Virus record (IMG/VR): IMGVR_UViG_3300027985_000843
Span: 248,001-312,000 of that record
DNA length: 64,000 nt
Direction: 5' to 3' (one strand)
Shown here: in pieces, positions 17,923-25,652 of the stretch
Layout: the number at the start of each line of letters is the position of its first letter
How positions within the stretch are numbered: the first letter of the stretch is position 1
Position numbers and translations under genes: made by a program
Notes under the pieces: model-generated
Database searches by the model: none
Seen by the model: only the letters and a program-made list of their open reading frames with translations
What the model was told of the DNA's origin: nothing

Positions 17923-18085
17923 GAAGCACTCGATGGATACGCCTGGGTAGCTTTGATGCTTGCGCCTAATGCAAGTGCCTGTACCAGTTCGGCTACTCCG
18001 CCATTGAGCGGGCCTCGCGGCCCTGGTGGCGGAGGTGGGATTCGAACCCACATATGCGTGTAAGACGAGTCGAGCTGAGTGCTTC
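17923..18085 (-). ncRNA. circularly permuted family member P1 (Leu-TAG-like)
   Basis: order: GAAGCACTC...CTTACACGC, T arm, CTCCGCC-ACCA, 21-nt linker, GGCGGAG, D arm, CTTGC-ATTAGGC-GCAAG, ...GAGTGCTTC. Confidence 0.85.
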
Positions 18086-18228
18086 GGAGGGCCATCCTGG
18101 AGTTGAACCAGAGAGCTTGTAAGGGCTGCGTGGCAGCTCCCCGTGAAGGGAGCGAGGTGCAACACTGGGTGAGCGTTGTATGCTCCTCCGTGGAAGGGAG
18201 GTGAGGAACCGATCCTCTGTGATGGCCC
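18086..18228 (-). ncRNA. tRNA-like RNA D (anticodon TCC, Gly) with variable-arm domain
   Basis: GGGCCAT/ATGGCCC, CCTCC-CTTCCAC-GGAGG, insert ending CTTACAAGC, T loop TTCAACT. Confidence 0.85.
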
Positions 18229-18231
18229 GAA

Positions 18232-18253
18232 GCTCGTCTCTCCGAGCTGTCAC
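18232..18253 (-). ncRNA. GTGACRGC-hairpin motif copy 3
   Basis: GTGACA-GCTCG-GAGAGA-CGAGC, 3 nt before RNA D. Confidence 0.6.
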
Positions 18254-18396
18254 CCCGTCACGAAACTCGACCAAAGGTACACGCAGGTTTCCAATCTGCA
18301 TTGTCCTGGTGCCCCAGGACTGAACCAGAAGCAGAGTTAACTCGACACCGAGGTTGTGAGAAAGTGGAGGCGTTCGAGGCGAAGTGCTGGATTTTG

Positions 18397-18469
18397 ATGC
18401 TAGAGACAGGAATCGAACCTGTAACCAACGGCTTGATAGGCCGTAGCTCTACCTATGAGCTACTTTAGC
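18397..18469 (-). tRNA. tRNA with ATC anticodon (nominally Asp, A34) on a non-Asp body
   Basis: GCTAAAG/CTCTAGC, A73, ACGGC-CTATCAA-GCCGT, canonical D and T arms. Confidence 0.8.
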
Positions 18470-18499
18470 GTGTGAGCACGTCTGGGCTGAACGCCTTAG

Positions 18500-18640
18500 A
18501 GGGGAAGTCTGGAGTCGAACCAGATTTGGCTTGTAAGGGCTGCTTGGCTGTCTCCCTTTCGAGAGACGATGCGCAACACTGGAAGAGCTGTTTAGCTCCC
18601 GCTTTCCTGGCGGGTGGGGCACCGTGCCCCTAACTTCCCC
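18500..18640 (-). ncRNA. tRNA-like RNA E (loop CAGGAAA, A33) with variable-arm domain
   Basis: GGGGAAG/CTTCCCC, CCCGC/GCGGG arm, GAAA-capped helix, CTTACAAGC, T loop TTCGACT. Confidence 0.85.
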
Positions 18641-18748
18641 CGTGAGTCTTCGCTTTTCAGAGAACCTGGGGTTGTCACCAACCCGCACTCACTCTCTACA
18701 CCGGTCGAGCGAAGACGCTGTCAAAAATCGACCGGCGAGAGAAAAAAG

Positions 18749-19327
18749 TCAGAGGCGGCTCGCCCCGTTCTTGTGGGCGTAGAAGCCTACCTGTCGACCA
18801 TCCTCGATGAACTGCTGTACCGAGAAGGCCATGTAGCTCGATACGAGGGCAATGAACGGTAGGAACTCGCCACCCTCACAGGTAGCAGCCCCAGCCACGT
18901 CCTCGTCATCGATCTCGAAGTTGGCGTCCCACACGACCTGGCCGAACGTACCGTCGGGCGCGAGGGCACCATGCAGGCAGGGGGTGCCCGCCTTGCGGAC
19001 GAACTTCTGAACGGTTCGGCGAGCCTCCCCATTGTCCAAGCAGTCGAGCACAAGGTCAGCTCCACCAAGAAGCGCCTCGACGTTGTCTGAGACCATCTTG
19101 TGGGGATTCGTCTTGATCTTGAGCCCGAACAGGAACTGGAGACTCTGTGCGAGACCTAGGACCTTGTTCTTGCCCACCGACGGTTTGCCGTGGAACTGGG
19201 ACTTGACGTTCTTCTGCTCCACCCGGTCGAAGTCGATCAGGGTGAAGTCGGCGTCAAAGTTGCGAGCGAACTGCATGAAGTGGGATCCAAGGGCCCCGAC
19301 TCCTACCACAACGATCTTCATCTTCAT
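18749..19327 (-). CDS. ThiF/MoeB-family E1-like adenylating enzyme
   Basis: VGVGALGS, DFDRVEQKN, LDCLDN, candidate catalytic Cys in ATCEG. Confidence 0.9.
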   Translation of the reverse strand: MKMKIVVVGVGALGSHFMQFARNFDADFTLIDFDRVEQKNVKSQFHGKPSVGKNKVLGLAQSLQFLFGLKIKTNPHKMVSDNVEALLGGADLVLDCLDNGEARRTVQKFVRKAGTPCLHGALAPDGTFGQVVWDANFEIDDEDVAGAATCEGGEFLPFIALVSSYMAFSVQQFIEDGRQVGFYAHKNGASRL

Positions 19328-20268
19328 CCTTCCAAGTCCTTGTAAGACCTGCGACTGATAATTCTACCCATAGCAGAATCAGTGATTCCAAACTTTCGGG
19401 CCAGAGAGGCTTTTGTCCAACCTTCAGCAAAAAGACCACGTGCTTCCAATACTTGGTCGTCGGACAGCTTCCTGGATGGCTTCCAATTTGGCTCCCGAAC
19501 AAACCTTAACTTGTATAAACAACAAGCCGGGAGATGGTTCTCTACCAGGGACTTGAGCTTCACGGCCTCAGCTTTTGTGTTCACAGCTATCTTGAACTGT
19601 CCTGGTCGAACAGAGCTTTCCCGAACTACAGTACGTACACCCAGCGAGCCTAGCTTCTCGGAGAGTCGAGAGACACAACCCTCAGAAAAACCATCTGTGC
19701 AGAAAAATAACTGACCTTGTCGATCATAGGTACCGTCGCCTGCAAACCACTGAGCAACAGACAAGGGTGTCAAGACAAGGTCAGAGGGAACTATCTTCAC
19801 ACCCCTGGGGTACCACCTAGCCCGCTGAGTTTTGAACTCACTGTAACAAGGTGTATACAGCAAACGACCGCCCCGCCCATGAATGACACGATCACCCAAG
19901 CACTTGGACCGAGGTGGGACGGGAATGATGGCGGATTCACAACCGTGTTCTACAAGCAGCACAGTCAAAGAGTCCAACCAACCCAACCGAACACGGCCCT
20001 GCTCCAATCGAAGACTCCCCTTAGGGTCCAAGGAGCCATCCCCCAAAAGGACGCCTTCTAAGACCTGCGACACAAGGTCCCAGTCGGCTCGGTGCTCTCG
20101 ATCACCTAGATACCTTGCATTCTGTTCCTTAGAGGAACGTACGAGAACACCCGTCTTCTTCAAACGATTGAGAACATTCCATGTAGAGCAACCAAGTCGG
20201 CGAGCGATAGAGGACGCGCTCTCGCCCGACAGATAGGCTTCGGTCAAAGCTTGGTGATCCATGATCAA
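19324..20268 (-). CDS. free-standing LAGLIDADG homing endonuclease with terminal HTHs
   Basis: LEGVLLGDGSL and AQWFAGDG motifs; inserted between Ubl and E1. Confidence 0.85.
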   Translation of the reverse strand: MIMDHQALTEAYLSGESASSIARRLGCSTWNVLNRLKKTGVLVRSSKEQNARYLGDREHRADWDLVSQVLEGVLLGDGSLDPKGSLRLEQGRVRLGWLDSLTVLLVEHGCESAIIPVPPRSKCLGDRVIHGRGGRLLYTPCYSEFKTQRARWYPRGVKIVPSDLVLTPLSVAQWFAGDGTYDRQGQLFFCTDGFSEGCVSRLSEKLGSLGVRTVVRESSVRPGQFKIAVNTKAEAVKLKSLVENHLPACCLYKLRFVREPNWKPSRKLSDDQVLEARGLFAEGWTKASLARKFGITDSAMGRIISRRSYKDLEG

Positions 20269-20293
20269 AGCCTACCAAACGGTTTATTCGGTG

Positions 20294-20533
20294 TCAACCA
20301 AAAGGTGTTTTGGGCCTGACCATGATCCTGTTGGGCAGGTCCTCGGTCGCCGAGAACCGCTGGACCACGAAGTCCTTGAACTCGACGTCATCCGCAGCCG
20401 TGATGCCCTGGACGTCGCCGCCCGTGACTGCCTCTTGGGCCCACGCAAGGATCTGCGCGTCCGAAGCGTCGAATTCGACCTCGTCCTTCAGGTCACCGTT
20501 CTGACCGTTCCAAGTGATGTTGAGCAGTGCCAT
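20294..20533 (-). CDS. ubiquitin-like (beta-grasp) protein ending in Gly
   Basis: 79 aa, C-terminus RIMVRPKTPFG-stop, next to JAB and E1. Confidence 0.7.
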   Translation of the reverse strand: MALLNITWNGQNGDLKDEVEFDASDAQILAWAQEAVTGGDVQGITAADDVEFKDFVVQRFSATEDLPNRIMVRPKTPFG

Positions 20534-20569
20534 GTTGAGTTCTCCCTTCTCTGGTTCTACATCTCGTCC

Positions 20570-20938
20570 CTAGTACAGGGACAGCTCGTGAAGCTTCGCG
20601 GTCCAAGGAGGCCGCATGATCACGGGCAAGGACTTGTACGAGAGTCGATCACGACCGACCCAGTAAGTGTGGATGAAGACACTGTCTGCCCAGATCCACC
20701 AGTCAAGCCGGCGACCGAGGCCAGACTCAATCGCCGCAAAGGTTGTGATGTCCGTGAAGGATGGGCTCCCGAAGCCACTGGGATGACTATGAGCGAACCC
20801 TGATAGGTTGTCCCGGTTCGCCCAGATGATGTCCCAAAGGTCTTGCGAGTCAGGCAGGGCTCCCCCGGATCGATCGTTCGGGGTATGCCAGAAGAGAGGC
20901 TCTCCCCGAAGGTCAAGAAGTACGCCTGCTTCCCTCAT
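20570..20938 (-). CDS. JAB/MPN (JAMM) metallopeptidase, DUB-like
   Basis: N-terminal Glu, HSHP, PSFTD. Confidence 0.85.
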   Translation of the reverse strand: MREAGVLLDLRGEPLFWHTPNDRSGGALPDSQDLWDIIWANRDNLSGFAHSHPSGFGSPSFTDITTFAAIESGLGRRLDWWIWADSVFIHTYWVGRDRLSYKSLPVIMRPPWTAKLHELSLY

Positions 20939-21138
20939 GACGGTAGTTGTTCCGAGTTCGGCTGCTTGGACTTGATCCAGGCATAGGCAATGTCGCCCAC
21001 CGGAGGCTGGTCACGAGCCCACTGCTTGAGTGAGATCCTGCCGCCTGTCTCGGCCTTCCACTTGCGGATCATCCGACGCCTATCGGAGCGACCCACGCCT
21101 GTGTACTTCTCTTCCATCTTCATCTCCTCAGTGAACAT
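20935..21138 (-). CDS. small basic hypothetical protein
   Basis: 67 aa, overlaps both neighbours in the operon. Confidence 0.55.
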   Translation of the reverse strand: MFTEEMKMEEKYTGVGRSDRRRMIRKWKAETGGRISLKQWARDQPPVGDIAYAWIKSKQPNSEQLPS

Positions 21139-22069
21139 GACGGAACACCACGAGGGCGTTCGTGTCCTGCGCTTCCAGGATGACTGAGGGCAGAGACTCT
21201 AGAGTGAACCAAGTGTCTCCCCTTGTCCCCCTGTTAAAGTCCCTGCTGTCGTATTCAGCAGTCAGGCAGATGCCGGAGTCGATGATCCGAAGGGAGCTAT
21301 CGCAAGTGCATTCGAACCGTCGACCGTTGAGGCGAAAACGAACGATGTGCTCGTTGGCGTTGTACCCGTTGCGGTGGTCGATAAGCTGGGCACCACCAAC
21401 AGCCAAAGCTGCCCGGACACCCTCCTCGAAATCCTCAAACGCCAAGAGTCGTCGACCCTCACTCGTGCCAATCCGTTCGATGGCCCGCTGACGGCGCTCT
21501 TCCGCCTCCCGACGCTTGCGGTCTTCTTCCCGACGCCTCACTTCCTCGGCCCGCCACCAGCATTCAACCTGGAAGGTGGCATCAAGGGCAGGGGTAACCC
21601 CCGGGATGTCGTTCACGCTCTTGGACTCGTCCAGGAACGCCTGTAGAACGGCCTCCTCAGGCCCCGTAGGAAACTCTTGGTTCTCGAAGATGAACGGGCC
21701 ATCCTCGTAGAACTGTCCCACGGACACACGCACGAACTTGTCTAGGCCGGGCTCTACGAGATGAGCCCGACGAAAGTTCTTGACGATGGCCTCGATCTTG
21801 GGCTCAACACGAGCTGCATTCTCGGGAACGAACAAGTCCCCGACGAGGTAGCCCCTCTGGGTGTTCCGAAGAGCACCCATGGGGGCTTCCACCGACTTCT
21901 CCCAAGTGGCCTTGCGGCCTTCGAGGCGGAACTGGTGCCACCCGTGTTCGGGTGGCCGACGCCCCTTGAGCTTCCAGGTGCGATCGAAGGTACGGATGGA
22001 CCCCTCGCCTACCCACGGTGTGACAAGCGAGCTGTCCTCATTGGTCTGCAAGAGGTCCTTCCAACCCAT
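21128..22069 (-). CDS. hypothetical protein, C-terminal domain possibly E2-like
   Basis: 313 aa; charged helix then ...IIDSGICL... resembling the E2 G.ICL active-site segment (function inferred). Confidence 0.7.
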   Translation of the reverse strand: MGWKDLLQTNEDSSLVTPWVGEGSIRTFDRTWKLKGRRPPEHGWHQFRLEGRKATWEKSVEAPMGALRNTQRGYLVGDLFVPENAARVEPKIEAIVKNFRRAHLVEPGLDKFVRVSVGQFYEDGPFIFENQEFPTGPEEAVLQAFLDESKSVNDIPGVTPALDATFQVECWWRAEEVRRREEDRKRREAEERRQRAIERIGTSEGRRLLAFEDFEEGVRAALAVGGAQLIDHRNGYNANEHIVRFRLNGRRFECTCDSSLRIIDSGICLTAEYDSRDFNRGTRGDTWFTLESLPSVILEAQDTNALVVFRHVH

Positions 22070-22077
22070 GTATCACC

Positions 22078-23952
22078 TCACGCCGCAATGGCCCATGCAG
22101 GCTTGCGGAGGATCTCCGTGTTGAGGATCTGTTCCACGAGGCTGACACGCGGGGCGGCCTTGGGAACTCCACCTGTCACCTGGCCCACCGGAGTGGCAGC
22201 GATGAGTGCGCGGACGGTACGCGGGATTGCGTATGGGTCCTTGAACACCTCTTCGTCGACACGGAAGCACGGAATGTTAAGTGCGGCTGCCGCTTCCTGT
22301 ACCACGTGATAGCCGCTGTTGCCCAGGCGAAGCAATCCGAAGGCCGTCGGGTTGATGCCCGATGTCTGAACCGCGTTGACCAGCTGAGTAGGGCCACCGA
22401 AGTCCTCTTCGTCTCCGATGAAGATGAAGATCGCGTCAGTGCCGTCAGCAGGCTTGATCTTGCTCAGGGCCTTGACGCCGGCCGCGTACGAAGTACCGCC
22501 TCCGGCACGGATGCCGAAGAAGGCTTGACGCACACCCGCAGACGATGCCTTCTTGATTGCGATCTCGCGACCGACGGTGTTGAAGATCGCGACGTGGATC
22601 TTGTCGAGCGGAAAGCTGCCGACGAACTTCTCGACATACTGCTTGGCGGCCTCGATGGCAGGGCCCATCGAGCTGGAGACGTCGACGAAGAAGTAAGGCT
22701 CGATACCCTTGACCTCTTCCTCGACAGCCTTCTGAGCTGCCGCGTCAGCCGCGTTTTCGAGCTGTTCCTTCAGTTCCTTCGACTTGACGTTGCGGGCCAG
22801 ATTCGCAGCACGCTGGTCCTCCGCCTGCTTCGTCGCCGTCTCCCACCGCTGCCGGATGTCCTGGACCTTGAGCAGGCCCAACTCTTCGAGCGTTGGAGTG
22901 AGGATGATCAAGTCCTTGTCGGACACGCTCTTGGCCTCGATGGCCGCCGCCATGATGGCACGGGTCAGACCCATGTTCTTCGGGAGGCGCCCCGTGAGGA
23001 GCTTGAAGCTCGGCTTGCCTTGGATGATCTTCTCGCACACTTGCTCTTCGGTCAGGCCCTCCCAAGAGTCTTCCTTGGAGAAGTCCTCGCCGATGCCGAT
23101 GGTCCGACGACCATCGTCAGCTTGCTTCTGCGTCCAGCCCAGGATCTCGTAGAACTTCGAGGTCGACGGCTTGTAGCCCGAGCACTTGGCGAGCTTGATG
23201 ACCGTCTTCTTGAAGCCGGCCTTGGCGAGCCCCTCCAGCAAGGGAAGATTGTCCTCCCGATGCTTGAGCCACTGCCGAACCACCTTCGACCAACGACCGA
23301 GGAACGGCTTGCGAGCGGAACGCCCGAACCCGAGTTCGCGGTTGATCTTCGCAATCCCGTCCAAGCACAGAACGTCGTGGATGCGCATGAGGAGCTTGGC
23401 GTCCAGATGCCGACGGTCCTTGCGGATGTGCAGGCACATGGCCTCACCAACCTCGCGGAAGTCCTCATCGAGGAACGTCTCGTCCTCGTCGCGGATGGGG
23501 TCTCCCTTACGGCTCTGGACCAGCATGAAGGCCGCGAGGATGACCTTCAGGTCCTTGTGCTCCTGAGGGTAGGCGAACGACGCCCAGCGGGCCGCGAATT
23601 CGTTGTCCAAGGCCCACACGTCAGCCACCTGCTGGTACATCCACGTGGCGACCTCCGGGAAGATGCCAGGCTTCTGGTATCGTCCGAGCTTCCGGCGGTC
23701 GTCGCTCCGAACCGTGCCATCCTCCCAGAGCTGACCGACCTTCTGGTTGGCCTTGCCCTTGGTCACGAGGTAGACGACCTTTTTGCCGTCCTCCACCTTG
23801 TGCGTGCAATACTGCCACTTCACACCCACCACCGAACTCGCGTCGGTGGACACGAACCCAGGACGGTTGTGGACCGCGTGGCCGGAGTAGTTGATGAGGG
23901 TGTTGATGACCTTCTCAGCAGGTCCCAGTGTCTCGTTGGCTACCATTTTCAT
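22078..23952 (-). CDS. TROVE-like helical domain + vWA domain (divergent Ro60/Rsr-like)
   Basis: vWA MIDAS FFVDVSSSM, GGGT, FIFIGDEE; upstream helical region with GRWSKVVRQW resembling the Ro60 segment (TROVE call moderate). Confidence 0.75.
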   Translation of the reverse strand: MKMVANETLGPAEKVINTLINYSGHAVHNRPGFVSTDASSVVGVKWQYCTHKVEDGKKVVYLVTKGKANQKVGQLWEDGTVRSDDRRKLGRYQKPGIFPEVATWMYQQVADVWALDNEFAARWASFAYPQEHKDLKVILAAFMLVQSRKGDPIRDEDETFLDEDFREVGEAMCLHIRKDRRHLDAKLLMRIHDVLCLDGIAKINRELGFGRSARKPFLGRWSKVVRQWLKHREDNLPLLEGLAKAGFKKTVIKLAKCSGYKPSTSKFYEILGWTQKQADDGRRTIGIGEDFSKEDSWEGLTEEQVCEKIIQGKPSFKLLTGRLPKNMGLTRAIMAAAIEAKSVSDKDLIILTPTLEELGLLKVQDIRQRWETATKQAEDQRAANLARNVKSKELKEQLENAADAAAQKAVEEEVKGIEPYFFVDVSSSMGPAIEAAKQYVEKFVGSFPLDKIHVAIFNTVGREIAIKKASSAGVRQAFFGIRAGGGTSYAAGVKALSKIKPADGTDAIFIFIGDEEDFGGPTQLVNAVQTSGINPTAFGLLRLGNSGYHVVQEAAAALNIPCFRVDEEVFKDPYAIPRTVRALIAATPVGQVTGGVPKAAPRVSLVEQILNTEILRKPAWAIAA

Positions 23953-24048
23953 CTATCCTTTCAAGCACTTGTGCTGTCCCCACTGTGAGGACGATGTGTG
24001 CCGTCTGGAGAAAACCTTCAAGCATGGATGGATCTCGTAGAAAAAGAA

Positions 24049-24113
24049 TGGTCGGGATGACCGGAATCGAACCGGCATGACCTTCGACCCAAACGAAGTG
24101 GGTTCCCGTTACC

Positions 24114-24123
<10 letters not shown>
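24049..24123 (-). tRNA. tRNA-Pro(TGG)
   Basis: cloverleaf, loop TTTGGGT, CCA. Confidence 0.9.
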
Positions 24124-24335
<212 letters not shown>

Positions 24336-24378
24336 AGAGGGGACTCTACACCGAATCCTACATTATCATAGACAGACC

Positions 24379-24456
24379 GGCGGGACCAATGGGATTTGAA
24401 CCCACGATTTCTACGGTGACAGCGTAGCGAGGACAGCCTGACTCCTCTATGGCCCC
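24379..24456 (-). tRNA. tRNA-Asp(GTC), second copy
   Basis: cloverleaf, loop CTGTCAC, G73. Confidence 0.9.
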
Positions 24457-24461
24457 GTGTT

Positions 24462-24529
24462 TGGAAGGATGGGATGTGAGCCCACCTGCCACCATGTTGA
24501 TCGGACATGTGGCACCCGACCAGGCTTCC
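24462..24529 (-). pseudogene. degenerate tRNA-like sequence (GAT loop)
   Basis: GGAAG/CTTCC, CATGT-CCGATCA-ACATG, T-arm-like GTGGG-CTCACAT-CCCAT. Confidence 0.4.
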
Positions 24530-24604
24530 GGCAGAGGTCGTGAGAATCGAACTCACCTCACGCGGTTTTGGAGACCGCATCGCCACCTTGGAACATGGAC
24601 CCCT
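24530..24604 (-). tRNA. tRNA-Trp(CCA)
   Basis: AGGGGTC/GACCTCT, G73, loop CTCCAAA. Confidence 0.9.
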
Positions 24605-24608
24605 ATAG

Positions 24609-24680
24609 TGACCCCAGGGGGAGTTGAACCCTCCATTGACTGGTTGAAAGCCAGGTCTCCTACCGTTAGAGGATGGGGCC
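24609..24680 (-). tRNA. tRNA-Glu(TTC)
   Basis: cloverleaf, loop CTTTCAA. Confidence 0.9.
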
Positions 24681-24691
24681 GTCACACAAAT

Positions 24692-24768
24692 TGGCATCCC
24701 TGGTAGGAGTCGAACCTACATAAACCTGGCTTCGTAGACCAGTGCCTTATCCATTAGGCCACAGGGAC
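24692..24768 (-). tRNA. tRNA-Arg(ACG)
   Basis: cloverleaf, loop CTACGAA, CCA. Confidence 0.95.
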
Positions 24769-24777
24769 ATAGATTAG

Positions 24778-24848
24778 AGCCCACAGCCAGAATTGAACTG
24801 GCATCTCCGCATTACGAAAGCGGCGACCTGCCATTGGCCGATGCGGGC
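24778..24848 (-). tRNA. tRNA-Thr(CGT)
   Basis: cloverleaf, loop TTCGTAA. Confidence 0.85.
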
Positions 24849-24871
24849 ATCGACGGTGTATATTACAAAAT

Positions 24872-25114
24872 GTGAACAGAGCGAAGAAGCTGAGCAAAGC
24901 AGTTGGTAAGCCGTATCTATGGTGTCAAGAATTCCTCGTGGATTTCGGGGACTTTTCCCTTGCCGTAGCCAAGACACTCAACCTGAACCACAGAGTGACC
25001 GACCGAAACATCGCCCGATCGATTGACGCAGTCCGACTCAGAGAAGGTGCCGTAAACGACCCCGACGAAGACGACCTCGCGGAAGTCTTCGGGAGCGCCG
25101 TCGGGAACCACTGA
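24872..25114 (+). CDS. hypothetical protein
   Basis: GTG start 11 nt after GGTGTA; 80 aa. Confidence 0.55.
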   Translation: MNRAKKLSKAVGKPYLWCQEFLVDFGDFSLAVAKTLNLNHRVTDRNIARSIDAVRLREGAVNDPDEDDLAEVFGSAVGNH

Positions 25115-25202
25115 TGGTGCGGTCGGAGGGAATTGAACCCTCACGGGGACTATGCCCCACTAGCCCCTCAAGCTAGCGCGTCTGCCATTTCGCCACGACC
25201 GC
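25115..25202 (-). tRNA. tRNA-Leu(GAG)
   Basis: loop TTGAGGG, long variable arm, CCA. Confidence 0.95.
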
Positions 25203-25203
25203 G

Positions 25204-25557
25204 TTACCGCCGGCTGACACCGTTGCCAGCCCGAACCTTTCCTTTGATGTCTCCACACGTCACGCTGTTGCCAGCTCGAACGTTCCCCTGAACGTTCCCG
25301 CACGTGACGCTGTTGCCACCATGAACGTCTCCCGAGACGTCCCCACACTCGACAGAGCCGCCGGCCTCCAGGGAGGCTAGAGGGCCCTCCCAGACGACCT
25401 TGACGACCCCTTGCAGACCGTCTGTGACCTTAGCACCGTTCACGTAGAGGGTGTCGTTGGTGATGGTCACGCTACTGCCCGCAGGGGCCTCGTAGACCTT
25501 GCCGTTGATAGTGATGCGGTTCGCCCGGATGCCCGGCTTACGAAAGGGATTTTCCAT
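25204..25557 (-). CDS. Gly-rich beta-helix-type repeat protein
   Basis: repeated G.V..GNSVTCG units. Confidence 0.75.
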   Translation of the reverse strand: MENPFRKPGIRANRITINGKVYEAPAGSSVTITNDTLYVNGAKVTDGLQGVVKVVWEGPLASLEAGGSVECGDVSGDVHGGNSVTCGNVQGNVRAGNSVTCGDIKGKVRAGNGVSRR

Positions 25558-25575
25558 CCCACCAACATACACCAG

Positions 25576-25646
25576 AGCGGGTGACGGGAATCGAACCCGC
25601 ACCTGGAGATTGGCAACCTCCTGCTCGACCTTCGAGCTACACCCGC
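25576..25646 (-). tRNA. tRNA-Gly(GCC)
   Basis: cloverleaf, loop TTGCCAA, U73. Confidence 0.95.
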
Positions 25647-25652
25647 AATTCG

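Noticed and set aside
17923-18085. P1 read as a permuted tmRNA
   Set aside because: It has a full D arm and anticodon arm, no G3-U70, and no tag reading frame or pseudoknots.
14300-18700. Many 60-230-aa ORFs in the track across the tRNA/ncRNA blocks (e.g. 15503-16099, 15786-16487, 27933-28352)
   Set aside because: They are translations of tRNA/ncRNA sequence or its antisense, with no protein motifs or start signals.
19324-20290. LAGLIDADG ORF as part of a group I intron
   Set aside because: Ubl ends with its own stop and E1 starts overlapping the HEG stop, leaving no room for P-Q-R-S core elements; treated as free-standing.
22306-23988. Long antisense ORFs (560 aa here; also 6349-7434, 33431-34888, 45557-46645, 50686-51987, 59197-60192)
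   Set aside because: Shadow ORFs opposite well-supported high-GC genes.
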